Shown here piece after piece: positions 18,598 to 28,607 of a stretch of 64,000 bases of DNA (position 1 is the first letter of the stretch; every line of letters starts with the position of its first letter). The position numbers and the translations under genes are program-made. Under the pieces are notes generated by a model. The model saw nothing but the letters and a program-made list of their open reading frames with translations, was not told where the DNA came from and searched no databases. The stretch is from an uncultured Candidatus Saccharibacteria bacterium (lineage in GTDB: Bacteria; Patescibacteriota; Minisyncoccia; UBA6257; Colwellbacteraceae): contig CAZLHU010000001.1 of assembly GCA_964559765.1 (NCBI GenBank), forward strand, positions 148,164-212,163, in the 5' to 3' direction.

Positions 18598-18771
18598 ATG
18601 GTGAAGAAGAAGACGACTTTCCACGTGTGTCCTGGCTGCGGCAAGGTCAAATACAAGGGCAGATTCCAGCCTGCGACCTACCAGCTTTCAACGTTCTTAA
18701 AAAGAGTCCTCGATAAGGACATCAGGTTTATCGAGCTCATCCCCGAGAACTGCGGGAACTGCAAGATCTAG
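18598..18771 (+). CDS. Small Cys4 zinc-ribbon protein (57 aa; below the track cutoff); overlaps the track ORF 18450..18716 in another frame
   Basis: AAGGAG RBS 8 nt upstream of ATG; 'HVCPGCGKV...ENCGNCKI'; followed by a terminator hairpin. Confidence 0.45.
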   Translation: MVKKKTTFHVCPGCGKVKYKGRFQPATYQLSTFLKRVLDKDIRFIELIPENCGNCKI

Positions 18772-18791
18772 CACACCCACTTTAGTGGTTA

Positions 18792-18819
18792 AGAGAGGAG
18801 GAAACTCCTCTCTTTTTTA
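18792..18819 (+). terminator. Rho-independent terminator
   Basis: AGAGAGGAGG-aaa-CTCCTCTCT followed by a T6 run. Confidence 0.7.
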
Positions 18820-18836
18820 CGAAAATATTTATTTTG

Positions 18837-18909
18837 TGGGCGCTGAGGGATTTGAACCCCCGGCTTCTTCCGTGTAAAGGAAGCACTCTGGCCACTGAGT
18901 TAAGCGCCC
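18837..18909 (-). tRNA. tRNA-Val (anticodon UAC)
   Basis: Manual fold: acceptor GGGCGCT, anticodon arm CTTCC-TTTACAC-GGAAG, T-arm GGGGG-TTCAAAT-CCCTC. Confidence 0.85.
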
Positions 18910-18965
18910 GTTATCCTTATAAATCCGAGAAATTTGACTGTAAAAGAAGCGGAGTTTATGGATAG

Positions 18966-19037
18966 TCGGCCCGGCAGGGATCGAACCTGCGACCCAGCGA
19001 TTATAAGTCGCTTGCTCTACCACTGAGCTACGGGCCG
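18966..19037 (-). tRNA. tRNA-Ile2-like with anticodon UAU (reads AUA)
   Basis: Manual fold: anticodon arm AGCGA-CTTATAA-TCGCT. The body closely resembles E. coli tRNA-Ile2 (CAU) with C34 changed to U. Confidence 0.75.
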
Positions 19038-19056
19038 AGACTAACCGATTCTACAA

Positions 19057-20892
19057 CTATACCGTGACCGGCTTCAAATTATATTCCTTTATAAGCGCGT
19101 AAAAATCGTCCTGTTCAAGGGTTTCTTTTTCAATCAAAGTCTTTGCCACTTTGTCTAAAGCGGGACGGTATGTAGTCAATATTTTTTCTGCGGCGTGATA
19201 GGCGCGATCTATGAAATGCTTTACTTCGCTGTCGATCTGTTCGGCGACCTCCTCAGAATAGTTCTTTTCCGTAGATATCTCCCTGCCTAAGAATATAAGT
19301 TCCTGAGTCTTACCAAACGTCATCGGGCCTAATTTATCGCTCATCCCGTATCGTGTGACTAATGCTCGGGCGGTCTCAGAAGCGACACTAAGGTCGTTTG
19401 ATGCCCCGGTCGTCACGTCATTGAACACGATTTTCTCCGCGGCGTGACCTCCCAATGATACCGCTATATCGGCTAGGAATTGAGATTTAGTCTTAAGATG
19501 CTGGTCCTCAAGTGGAAGTTTGAGCGTGTATCCTCCGGCTCGCCCACGGCTTACCACGGAAACCTTATGTACCGGATCGGAATCCTTTAGTCCGGCTGCT
19601 ATTAAAGCGTGGCCTGCTTCATGATACGCGGTGATCTCTTTTTCCTTGTCCGATATTAGGCGGCTCTTCCTTGCTGGTCCAAGCATCACCTTCTCGATTG
19701 ACTCATAAAAATAATCCTGGATTATCTTGTCTTTATTATTTTTCACTGTAAGTATCGCGGCCTCGTTCACGAGGTTGGCGAGGTCCGCTCCGGAGAAGCC
19801 CGGGGTTCGGGTAGCAACTTTACGGAGATCTATATCTTCACTGAGAGGCTTATTTTTTACGTGGATTTGTAAAATAGCTTCACGTTCGTTTATATCCGGC
19901 AAATCCAAGAACACTCGGCGATCGAAGCGTCCAGGCCTCAATAATGCCGGATCCAAGACGTCCGGACGGTTTGTGGCCGCTAGTACAATTACCCTGGAAT
20001 CCCTGTCAAAACCATCCATCTCGACCAATATTTGGTTGAGGGTCTGTTCGCGCTCGTCGTGTCCTCCGCCTAATCCGGCGCCCCTTTCCCTTCCTACAGC
20101 ATCGATTTCATCGATGAATAATATAGAAGGAGCTGCGGCTTTGGCTGTAGCAAAAGCATCCCTTGTCCTTGAGGCTCCGACCCCCACGAACATTTCAACA
20201 AACTCTGATGCGGAGATGTGGAAGAACGGCACATTTGCCTCGCCGGCTACCGCACGGGCCAATAACGTTTTCCCCGTGCCCGGCTGCCCCATCAACAGTA
20301 CCCCTCTCGGCACGGTCGCGCCGATATCGAAATACTTTTTAGGGTTCTTCATAAAATCGACGACTTCCTGAAGCTCTTGTTTGGCTTCCACCAATCCCGC
20401 AACGTCGGCGAACGTCACCTTGTCCTTGAAGCCGGCAAACGGTTTTAGATTTGCGCGCCCGAAAGTGAACGCCTGATTTACGCCTCCCTTAGCCTGTCTG
20501 GTTATGTACCAAAACACGCCGATTATTATCAGCCCGGTTACGAGCGTCGGCGCTATTATTCCTGCCCAGAAATTGAACGAGGATTGGTCTACCACCTGCA
20601 CGGCCACTTTGGAGAGCTGGTCAGAGGTTATGCCATAGTTCTTAAGGGTATCAGTCAGGCTTGCTTCAGTCTCCTTCTCGGATGAAACATGCTGACCGCC
20701 CTTCAATGTGACGTCCAATGCGTCGCCATTCACTGAGATGTTTGTGACTTGGCCTGATTGTATCTCGGAAGCCACCTGGCTTATGTTCTGGCTCTGCTCG
20801 CTTTGGCTGCTCTGATATATCGATGAAACTATTAGCGTCAATAAAAATACGAAAACAAGTCCCAATAAGATATTCTTATATAATTTACTCAT
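19057..20892 (-). CDS. ftsH: ATP-dependent zinc metalloprotease FtsH
   Basis: 'GVLLMGQPGTGKTLLARAVAGE', the SRH, and 'HEAGHAL' zinc site. Confidence 0.95.
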   Translation of the reverse strand: MSKLYKNILLGLVFVFLLTLIVSSIYQSSQSEQSQNISQVASEIQSGQVTNISVNGDALDVTLKGGQHVSSEKETEASLTDTLKNYGITSDQLSKVAVQVVDQSSFNFWAGIIAPTLVTGLIIIGVFWYITRQAKGGVNQAFTFGRANLKPFAGFKDKVTFADVAGLVEAKQELQEVVDFMKNPKKYFDIGATVPRGVLLMGQPGTGKTLLARAVAGEANVPFFHISASEFVEMFVGVGASRTRDAFATAKAAAPSILFIDEIDAVGRERGAGLGGGHDEREQTLNQILVEMDGFDRDSRVIVLAATNRPDVLDPALLRPGRFDRRVFLDLPDINEREAILQIHVKNKPLSEDIDLRKVATRTPGFSGADLANLVNEAAILTVKNNKDKIIQDYFYESIEKVMLGPARKSRLISDKEKEITAYHEAGHALIAAGLKDSDPVHKVSVVSRGRAGGYTLKLPLEDQHLKTKSQFLADIAVSLGGHAAEKIVFNDVTTGASNDLSVASETARALVTRYGMSDKLGPMTFGKTQELIFLGREISTEKNYSEEVAEQIDSEVKHFIDRAYHAAEKILTTYRPALDKVAKTLIEKETLEQDDFYALIKEYNLKPVTV

Positions 20893-20921
20893 TATTAATT
20901 TTTATCCGACCCGAGATTAGA

Positions 20922-22040
20922 TTAGGCAACTTCAGCTGCCTTGGCAGCTAGCTTGAGAACGATTCTTTTCTCTAGGGGCCTAACAGATTCTATAACAAAT
21001 TTATAGGTTTTTCCTTCTTCCAATTGGCGTTTCAGCTCCTCTATCGAGCCGAATTCGGATACGTGGATCAATCCGACTATAGATGGGTCCAATTCGATAA
21101 ATGCGCCGAATGCGTTGAAGCGATGCACCTTGCCGTCCACGGTCTCACCGGCCTTATATTGGTCGGCCACCTTCTCCCACGGGTCGCTTTTAAGGGCTTT
21201 TAAGGACAATGAAACTCGTCCGTCCTTGATGTCTACTATCTTAGCCTGGACTAGGTCCCCAACTTTGACGACCTCTTTCGGATTGTCTATCAGGCGATGG
21301 TCGAGCTCCGATATGTGTATCAGGCCCTCTATCGCTGGTTCGTCGGCGAATCGCAGGAAGGCTCCGAAACTTGCCACTCCGGATATTATTCCAGATATGA
21401 CGTCGCCTACCTTATATTTGGTCAACAATTCCTTGGCGTTATGATTCTCAACTTCGCGTTCCGAGAGAATAAGCTTGTTGTTCCTTGGGTTTATGTTGAT
21501 TATTTTCACGGTGATCTCCTGGTCGACGAACTTCTTCAGTCCCTCGATCATCTTGCCGCGGTCGCCCTCAGTCTCTTTCGGATAGTGGTCGTTGGATAGC
21601 TGGGACGCCGGAATGAATGCGGCAACGCCCGCGATTTCGGTGATTAAGCCTCCGGCATTAACCTCCGATATCTTAACCTTTATAGGCTCATCCTTATCCT
21701 TAAGGTCGCGTATCTCCTGCCAGGCTCGCTGCTTGCCGGCTTCCGACAAAGAAAGTTCGACATAGCCCTTCTCATTCTCCGGATCGACGACCCTTGCTGT
21801 GGCCGTGTCCCCCGGCGCCAATCTCTTGAGCACATCCTTGGCGTTCAGTAATTCGGCGCCGTAGATCATTCCCGTGCCTACGCGCGGAACCTCGAAGTAG
21901 GCCACTCGGCCCATTTTTTCCAATAATTTAACCTCGATAAGATCGCCAGCCTTCAGGACGGGCATCAAATTCGGGTTATCTTTTAGATGTTGAGTTATCG
22001 CAGACTCCTGTTTTTGTGTAACCATAAGATTAATTTCCAC
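20922..22040 (-). CDS. rpsA: 30S ribosomal protein S1 (four S1 domains)
   Basis: Repeated S1/OB-fold units 'GDLIEVKLLE', 'GDVISGIISGV', 'GDLVQAKIVDI', 'GETVDGKVHRF'. Confidence 0.8.
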   Translation of the reverse strand: MEINLMVTQKQESAITQHLKDNPNLMPVLKAGDLIEVKLLEKMGRVAYFEVPRVGTGMIYGAELLNAKDVLKRLAPGDTATARVVDPENEKGYVELSLSEAGKQRAWQEIRDLKDKDEPIKVKISEVNAGGLITEIAGVAAFIPASQLSNDHYPKETEGDRGKMIEGLKKFVDQEITVKIININPRNNKLILSEREVENHNAKELLTKYKVGDVISGIISGVASFGAFLRFADEPAIEGLIHISELDHRLIDNPKEVVKVGDLVQAKIVDIKDGRVSLSLKALKSDPWEKVADQYKAGETVDGKVHRFNAFGAFIELDPSIVGLIHVSEFGSIEELKRQLEEGKTYKFVIESVRPLEKRIVLKLAAKAAEVA

Positions 22041-22096
22041 GGGATTATAGGGAAAAGCCGATTGAAAAGCAACGTCCGAACAGGTAAAATTAGGCT

Positions 22097-22657
22097 ATGG
22101 TAATAAGAGTCGCTCCCTCCGGGAGCGTAAATTGTGAAGTATCCGGCTTCAGGATAGTTGTTGACCCGGCTCCGAGGGAGAGGGGTGAACTGGTCCTAAA
22201 GACCCAGATCGAGCTTGCGTCTATGGGCGACGAGGTGCCAGGAACGATAGTCAATGCCGGGGAATACGAGCATTCCGGCATAAAGGTCATAGGGTTTGAT
22301 ATGGAAGGCGAGTCCGATAAGAAGGTTCTCAAGACTACATATATAGTGGAGGCCGACGGCATTCGTATGTGCTTTATGGCGCCGATAACCAAAGAACCCA
22401 CAGACGCTTTTCTTGAAAAGCTCGGAGAAATAGATATTTTATTTATCGCGTCGGGCAAGGGATTGATCGAAACGAAGAAGGCGGCCGCCCTTATTAAAGA
22501 GATAGAGCCGCATATCGTAGTGCCTAGGAACGACGAGACCGCTCAAGGATTGGTAAGCGAAATCGGCAAGCCCGAGGAGATGGACCGCCTGGCTATAAAA
22601 CGAAAAGACTTAGATAACGAAGAAGCAACTAAATTCGTATGGATAAAGGAAAAGTAG
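22097..22657 (+). CDS. Hypothetical protein
   Basis: ORF only; no recognisable motifs. Confidence 0.35.
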   Translation: MVIRVAPSGSVNCEVSGFRIVVDPAPRERGELVLKTQIELASMGDEVPGTIVNAGEYEHSGIKVIGFDMEGESDKKVLKTTYIVEADGIRMCFMAPITKEPTDAFLEKLGEIDILFIASGKGLIETKKAAALIKEIEPHIVVPRNDETAQGLVSEIGKPEEMDRLAIKRKDLDNEEATKFVWIKEK

Positions 22658-25083
22658 AACAACCAAAAGCGCCAGACGCGGATAAGGTTGAAAAGGTTGA
22701 GATAACCGACGAACTCCGCAGGTCTTATCTGGACTATGCGATGTCCGTCATTGTCGGACGAGCTCTGCCCGATGTCCGCGACGGCCTGAAGCCGGTCCAT
22801 CGCCGCATTCTTTGGGCGATGTGGGAATCCGGCATAACGCACAGCGCGAAGTATCGCAAATCGGCGTACATCGTCGGTGAAGTGTTGGGGCGCTATCATC
22901 CCCACGGCGACGTCGCCGTCTATGATTCCATGGCGAGGATGGCTCAGGACTTTTCTTTGCGCTATCCCTTGATTGATGGGCAGGGAAACTGGGGCAGCGT
23001 CGACGGAGATTCCGCCGCAGCCATGCGTTACACGGAGTGCCGCCTTTCGGCAATCGCCGAAGAGCTGCTCGCCGATATAGATAAGAATACGGTTGATATG
23101 ATTCCCAACTATGACGCCACGCGCAACGAGCCGCTGGTGCTGCCTTCGGCTCTGCCGACGTTGCTGATGAATGGAACGGACGGGATAGCAGTGGGCATGG
23201 CCACAAAAATACCGCCGCACAACCTGACCGAATTAATTGAGGCTACGACTCATCTTATCGACCACCCAAAGGCCACATCGGAAGACCTTATGGAATTTGT
23301 TCAGGGACCGGATTTTCCGACCGGCGGAATAATCTATAACAGGAAGGAGATTGTTGATGCCTATGTGTCTGGCCGCGGCAAGATAACCTGCAGGGCTTTG
23401 GCTGAGGTGGATGAGAAGAAAATAACGATCACTGAAATACCATACCAAGTTAATAAATCTGAGCTGCTCACTAAAATAGCCGAACTGGTCGGAGAGAAGA
23501 AGATAGAAGGCATCCGCGACCTTAGGGATGAATCGGATAAAGATGGACTGTGCATCTCAATTGACTTGAAGAATGACGCTGTGCCTCAGAAGGTTTTAAA
23601 CCAGCTTTGGAGCTATACCGATCTACAGAAAGACTACCACCTTAATATGTTGGCTTTGGCTGATGGCATAAAGCCGAGAGTCATGTCGCTGAAGGATATA
23701 TTGGCCGCTTTCATCGAGCACCGCAGGGAAGTTATTCGTCGCAGGGCCGAGTTTGATCTGGCCAAAGCTAGGGAGAGGGCTCATATATTGGAGGGATTGG
23801 CCAAGGCGTTGGATATCATCGATAAGGTCATCGCGACCATAAAGAAATCCAAAGATAAGGATGACGCGCACAAGAATTTGGTGACCCAATTCAAGTTCAG
23901 CGACCTACAGGCTACAGCTATATTGGAAATGCGCTTACAGACCCTCGCTGCCCTTGAGCGTTCAAAGATAGAAGAAGAATTAAAGGAGAAGCAAAAAATT
24001 ATCGCCGAGCTGACCCTCTTATTAAAGAGTGTCGAAAAGATGTTGAAGGTTGTTAAGGATGAGTTGAATGCCCTTAAGGGTAAATTCGGCGACGAACGTA
24101 GGACAAAAGTCGTGGCCGGTGGGTTGAGAGAGTTCAATGTTGAGGATTTGGTCCCGCAGGAGGAGACGATAATCATGATGTCCCGCGACGGATATATTAA
24201 GCGACTCCAGCCTAACGCAGTAAGGAGCCAGCACCGCGGCGGCAAAGGATTGATTGGCGGCGAAGTGAATGAAAGCGATGTTCTAGCACATGTGCTTAGG
24301 GCGAAAACGCACGATTCCATCCTGTTTTTCACCGATCGTGGGCGTGTATTCCAGACTAGGGTCTACGAAATACCGGTGGCGTCGCGCACCTCTAAGGGCA
24401 AGGACATCCATAATTTCTTGGAGATACAGCCGCAGGAAAAGGTTAACGCCATAATCTGTTACGACAATAAAAAGACCGGAGTCTATCTTGTGATGGCGAC
24501 GCATAGCGGCATGATCAAGAAGACCGATCTTAAAGATTTCGGGAACGTCCGACGCAACGGCATCATAGCCATAAATCTCAGGAAGGGAGATTCCTTGAAT
24601 TGGGTCAAACTCTCTTCGGGAAAAGACGACCTGGTCATTACGACAATCAAAGGCAAGGCCATTCGTTTCAAGGAATCTCAGGTCAGACCAATGGGCAGAA
24701 CCGCGGGAGGCGTCCGGGCGATAAAATTAGGCAGCGGAGAGAGGGTCAGTTCGTTGAGCATAATAACTCCAGAACAGATATCTTCTGCCAGGATATTGGT
24801 CGTCATGGCCAATGGCTATGCAAAGTTCACGCCGGTCAAGGAATATAAGGTTCAGGGTCGTGGTGGTCAGGGAATACTTACAGCCAAGGTCAATCCTAAG
24901 ACTGGCCAAGTCGTGTCGGCTCATATTGTTACCGACGAAGTGGAGCTTTTCGCCGCCTCTTCGCGCGGGCAGATAATACGCACTAAGTTGTCGACAATCA
25001 GGGAGACCGGCCGCGCCGCGCAGGGTGTAAGGATTATGAAGGTCGCTGATGGAGACTCCATAGCCGGCACTACCTGTATTTAA
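22639..25083 (+). CDS. gyrA: DNA gyrase subunit A
   Basis: '[28 protein letters not shown]' with the active-site Tyr region, and C-terminal beta-pinwheel repeats. Confidence 0.95.
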   Translation: MDKGKVEQPKAPDADKVEKVEITDELRRSYLDYAMSVIVGRALPDVRDGLKPVHRRILWAMWESGITHSAKYRKSAYIVGEVLGRYHPHGDVAVYDSMARMAQDFSLRYPLIDGQGNWGSVDGDSAAAMRYTECRLSAIAEELLADIDKNTVDMIPNYDATRNEPLVLPSALPTLLMNGTDGIAVGMATKIPPHNLTELIEATTHLIDHPKATSEDLMEFVQGPDFPTGGIIYNRKEIVDAYVSGRGKITCRALAEVDEKKITITEIPYQVNKSELLTKIAELVGEKKIEGIRDLRDESDKDGLCISIDLKNDAVPQKVLNQLWSYTDLQKDYHLNMLALADGIKPRVMSLKDILAAFIEHRREVIRRRAEFDLAKARERAHILEGLAKALDIIDKVIATIKKSKDKDDAHKNLVTQFKFSDLQATAILEMRLQTLAALERSKIEEELKEKQKIIAELTLLLKSVEKMLKVVKDELNALKGKFGDERRTKVVAGGLREFNVEDLVPQEETIIMMSRDGYIKRLQPNAVRSQHRGGKGLIGGEVNESDVLAHVLRAKTHDSILFFTDRGRVFQTRVYEIPVASRTSKGKDIHNFLEIQPQEKVNAIICYDNKKTGVYLVMATHSGMIKKTDLKDFGNVRRNGIIAINLRKGDSLNWVKLSSGKDDLVITTIKGKAIRFKESQVRPMGRTAGGVRAIKLGSGERVSSLSIITPEQISSARILVVMANGYAKFTPVKEYKVQGRGGQGILTAKVNPKTGQVVSAHIVTDEVELFAASSRGQIIRTKLSTIRETGRAAQGVRIMKVADGDSIAGTTCI

Positions 25084-25116
25084 GGCATAGGCCTACAATA
25101 TATAGATAGATTATCG

Positions 25117-26400
25117 ATGCAATTCACTAAGCCTCAAAAAATAATCCTAGGTATAGTGGGTTTTGTAATCCTATTCTTTCTGCTCGTCCTTGTGGGCATA
25201 ATTCCCGGACTGCGCAAAAACGGCACCTCGGCCACGCTTAAGATCTGGGGGGTCGGCGACAGCAGTGATGTCTGGGCAGCGAGTATCCAAAGCTATTCTG
25301 CGTCCCATCCAGGGGTGGCGGTGACTTATACGCAGATTGACCAGTCCAACTATGAATCTACGTTGGTCAACGCCTTGGCGGCTGGCAACGGACCGGATAT
25401 TTTCATGTTCAACAACGCATGGCTTCCAAAGAATGGGGACAAGATAGCCCCAGCGCCGGTATCACTAATGAGCACGAGCACCTTCGCCGGTATTTTCCCC
25501 CAAGTAGCCAGCCAGGATTTCATAAGCAACGGCTACATCTATGCCATGCCGCTATCAATAGACACATTGGCCCTTATTTATAATAAAGGCATCTTCAATC
25601 AAAGCGGGGTGGCGGTCCCGCCGAAAACCTGGGCTCAGTTCGAGAGCGTAATAAGAGAAACGCGGATGGAAACGTCTGGCGCAATCTCCCGTCCGGCGGT
25701 GGCTCTAGGAGGGACTTTGACCAGTATGGCAAACGCGACCGATATACTTAATTTATTGCTACTCCAAGAAGGCACTGAGATGATAAGCCCCGAAAGCAAT
25801 CAGGCGACATTTTCCAGCACTGCCGGGCAGACGGCGTTGGCCTTCTATACGCAATTCGCCACTCCGGGCAGTGCTTATTACACATGGAAGGATTCGTTGG
25901 GCTCAGCATTGAACTCGTTTGCCAACGGCAAGACGGCTATGTTCGTGGGATATGCATCCCAAATCCCGCAGATAAAAGCGGAAAATCCCTATATAAATTT
26001 CGGAGTATCGACTATGCCCCAGTTCAATCTGAGCAATCAAATCAACTATCCGAATTATTGGGGATTGGCCGTATCTAAACAGAGCCAATACCAGGCCCAG
26101 GCATGGGATTTCATAAATTTTGTTACCACCGATCCGACTACCGCGAATAATTACGCAACCGCCAGTGGCCGTCCGCCGGCATTGCGGTCTCTGATAGCTC
26201 AATATGAAAGCGACCCGATTCTGGGTCCATACGCCTCGCAGGCACTTACTGCTGAAGACTGGGTCGAACCAGATGCCGACTCTGTTTCTACGATATTCAA
26301 CAATATGATAGAATCAGTGCTGAATAAAACCTCTTCGGTCAGCCAGGCTCTTCAGACCGCTGAGTTCTCAGTTAACAACATAGGATCTTCTCAATATTAA
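25117..26400 (+). CDS. Extracellular solute-binding protein (ABC sugar-type SBP family 1), orphan
   Basis: N-terminal TM/signal and an SBP_bac_1-like fold; no permease or ATPase genes nearby. Confidence 0.75.
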   Translation: MQFTKPQKIILGIVGFVILFFLLVLVGIIPGLRKNGTSATLKIWGVGDSSDVWAASIQSYSASHPGVAVTYTQIDQSNYESTLVNALAAGNGPDIFMFNNAWLPKNGDKIAPAPVSLMSTSTFAGIFPQVASQDFISNGYIYAMPLSIDTLALIYNKGIFNQSGVAVPPKTWAQFESVIRETRMETSGAISRPAVALGGTLTSMANATDILNLLLLQEGTEMISPESNQATFSSTAGQTALAFYTQFATPGSAYYTWKDSLGSALNSFANGKTAMFVGYASQIPQIKAENPYINFGVSTMPQFNLSNQINYPNYWGLAVSKQSQYQAQAWDFINFVTTDPTTANNYATASGRPPALRSLIAQYESDPILGPYASQALTAEDWVEPDADSVSTIFNNMIESVLNKTSSVSQALQTAEFSVNNIGSSQY

Positions 26401-26404
26401 TAAA

Positions 26405-26767
26405 ATGAAAAATAATTGGGCATCCAACGGCAGTAAATTCGCTCTAGCGGCCACGGGATTGGTGCCCAGCGACACCGGCAGTCTCTGTGGCCTTTTGCAG
26501 TTGTTCAAAAATCTGCTCAGTTTTGCCCTTGAAATCGCCGTGCCTATAGCTGTTGTGGCAATCGTGTACGGCGGATTCAGGATAATAACCGCCGGCGGTT
26601 CGCCTAAGGGCGAGGAGGCGGGAAAAGCGGCCGTAAAATCAGCCCTTATTGGAGTTGTGATCGTTTTCGGTGCGTGGATAATTATCAACACATTACTTAA
26701 TGTAGTAGGATTAAGTCTAAGCGGAGCAAACTCTGTCCTGCCGTGGACCGGGATCGTCTGCTCATAA
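26405..26767 (+). CDS. VirB2/TrbC-like pilin-like protein, paralog 2
   Basis: 'IAVVAIVYGGFRIITAGGSPKGEEAGKAAVKSALIGVVIVFGAWIIINTLL'. Confidence 0.5.
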   Translation: MKNNWASNGSKFALAATGLVPSDTGSLCGLLQLFKNLLSFALEIAVPIAVVAIVYGGFRIITAGGSPKGEEAGKAAVKSALIGVVIVFGAWIIINTLLNVVGLSLSGANSVLPWTGIVCS

Positions 26768-26769
26768 AA

Positions 26770-27129
26770 ATGATTACAGAATTTTTGGTAAATAAAGTAT
26801 ACGCACAAGTAACCGGCCCATTGTCTTCCGGCGACGGCGGTTCGATTACTCTCAATAATCCCCTAGGCGCTTCAAATGGAACGATAGTCGGTCTCATAAA
26901 TACCGTAATAAGTTATTTCACGCTTTATATCGCCCCGGCAGTAGTCGTCATAATGGTCTTGTATGGGGCGTTCCAAATGCTGACTGCCGGCGGAAAACCT
27001 GAAGAGTTCGCCAAAGGACGCAAGACGATTTTGTACGCGATCATCGGTTATGCCATCGTGCTTGTCGCGGCGGGCCTGGTTGCTGTAGTTGAAACTGTCA
27101 TAGGAGGAAACAACGCAACGTTGTTCTAA
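26770..27129 (+). CDS. VirB2/TrbC-like pilin-like protein, paralog 3
   Basis: 'PAVVVIMVLYGAFQMLTAGGKPEEFAKGRKTILYAIIGYAIVLVAAGLV'. Start moved to MITEF to remove overlap. Confidence 0.5.
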   Translation: MITEFLVNKVYAQVTGPLSSGDGGSITLNNPLGASNGTIVGLINTVISYFTLYIAPAVVVIMVLYGAFQMLTAGGKPEEFAKGRKTILYAIIGYAIVLVAAGLVAVVETVIGGNNATLF

Positions 27130-27258
27130 TCCGCGATCAATCTCCAGGCCTTATTTAAATAGACACTATGCCCCAGTTATGTTATATTAGGGGCAATAAG
27201 ATTACGTTTAATCTTAAGATCAGGTCTCATCTAAAAGGTCGGAATCACATTTATAATT

Positions 27259-27612
27259 ATGACCAAAAAACTGAAAGCTTTTATCATGTCGATAGCGCTG
27301 AGCACGGCAGCTATACCGGCCGCGTTCGCTCAAAACAATCCTTATGGCAATGTAGTGCCTTCAGGTAGCGTAAACTTGGGTGGGCCTGCGGATGTTCTCA
27401 ATCTTATGTATGTCTTCTTGGGTTGGGCTTTCGCTTTCTTCTTCGTGCTTGCGGTATTCTTCTTCCTCTGGGCTGCGTTCATCTATCTAAGAGCGGGCGG
27501 AGACCAGGAAAAACTTACCGAAGCTAAGCACAGGTTGCTTTACGGTATAATCGCGATTGTCGTGGCTTTATTGGCGGGCAGCATACCGACAATAGTTAAG
27601 AACATACTGTAA
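27259..27612 (+). CDS. VirB2/TrbC-like pilin-like protein, paralog 4, with a cleavable signal peptide (…AFAQN)
   Basis: 'FFFLWAAFIYLRAGGDQEKLTEAKHRLLYGIIAIVVALLAG'. Confidence 0.5.
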   Translation: MTKKLKAFIMSIALSTAAIPAAFAQNNPYGNVVPSGSVNLGGPADVLNLMYVFLGWAFAFFFVLAVFFFLWAAFIYLRAGGDQEKLTEAKHRLLYGIIAIVVALLAGSIPTIVKNIL

Positions 27613-27634
27613 TTGTATAGATAATGTTTTTACT

Positions 27635-27659
27635 AAAATCCCCCTAACGGGGGATTTTT
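27635..27659. terminator. Bidirectional terminator hairpin
   Basis: AAAATCCCCC-taac-GGGGGATTTT. Confidence 0.7.
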
Positions 27660-27729
27660 GGTTTATTGGCACATCGTCATTCAGAGTAAACAAAACACCC
27701 CTTAGTTTTTAAAAGGGGTGTCCGTAGTT

Positions 27730-28392
27730 TTAACGTATCAGCGTTACCGTAACTTCCGTGTTGTCGCCATACGCCATGACTCGCAGGCCGTTCTCTATCA
27801 GGTTGGTGTGGGCCTTAGTGTTCACTGGGTCTATGCATGAGTTGGACCCATCTGAATACAAGACGCAGATATGGTTTCCAGGGGATGAGATGCTGTAGCT
27901 TCTAAATCCCGAGTTGACCGGCATGTGTATCAAGGGCGAACACTCTCCTTTGTTTAAGGACAGAGATATCGCCGTAAGATCCGGCCCCATGACTACTCCG
28001 TTAGGATAATCGGCGCTTTGAGGGAAGCTTCCACAAGTTGGAGGGAACATCCCTGCGACTAAATAGTATGCGCACACAACAACAAGGATTAATACGATGA
28101 TCCAAATCATCGTTTTAAGGAATCTCGGTCGACCCTTCGGCTTCACAGCTTTCTCTTCTATTTTGATCGGAGCCTGTATGTCGATGACTTTCCTGACGAC
28201 TAATTTCTTAGGCGCCTTAGAATAGGCATAGAATCCAGCTGCCATAAACAAAACAGACACACCGACAATCATGTAGATCGCAAATGCCAGAGATAACCCC
28301 GCCAGCCATAATACTATCACTCCCAAAATGACATATATCAGGATAAAGATAGTTGGTAGCAACCACGTCCACTGAGAAAATCTTTCCTTCAT
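27730..28392 (-). CDS. Hypothetical membrane protein with an extracytoplasmic Cys-containing domain
   Basis: Two or three TM helices; six Cys in the C-terminal 90 aa. Confidence 0.45.
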   Translation of the reverse strand: MKERFSQWTWLLPTIFILIYVILGVIVLWLAGLSLAFAIYMIVGVSVLFMAAGFYAYSKAPKKLVVRKVIDIQAPIKIEEKAVKPKGRPRFLKTMIWIIVLILVVVCAYYLVAGMFPPTCGSFPQSADYPNGVVMGPDLTAISLSLNKGECSPLIHMPVNSGFRSYSISSPGNHICVLYSDGSNSCIDPVNTKAHTNLIENGLRVMAYGDNTEVTVTLIR

Positions 28393-28607
28393 AGATAAAT
28401 GGACAACACCGGAATAAAGAGCGTTTGTAGGCTCTTTTCGGTATCGCTAAATTATTTTTATTTTAAAGAACAATCGACATTGTTCTTGTCTATATTACAA
28501 CATAAAATACATCATTTGTCAACCAGACAAGCAATGCAACAAGCGTCGCGCCTATGTGCTGGTTTGGCAAACACTACCAGGCTTAGTATTATCAATGACA
28601 TAGAGCA

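Noticed and set aside
18450-18716. The 88-aa track ORF as the real gene at this locus
   Set aside because: Its RBS spacing is cramped (AGGAGG-4 nt-GTG), and its Arg-rich sequence has no features. The overlapping 57-aa Cys4 ORF has better translation signals and is terminator-flanked. It is kept only as the alternative in finding 18420-18771.
22543-24924. Several minus-strand ORFs of up to 225 aa inside gyrA
   Set aside because: They are shadow ORFs. gyrA on the plus strand is unambiguous across its whole length.
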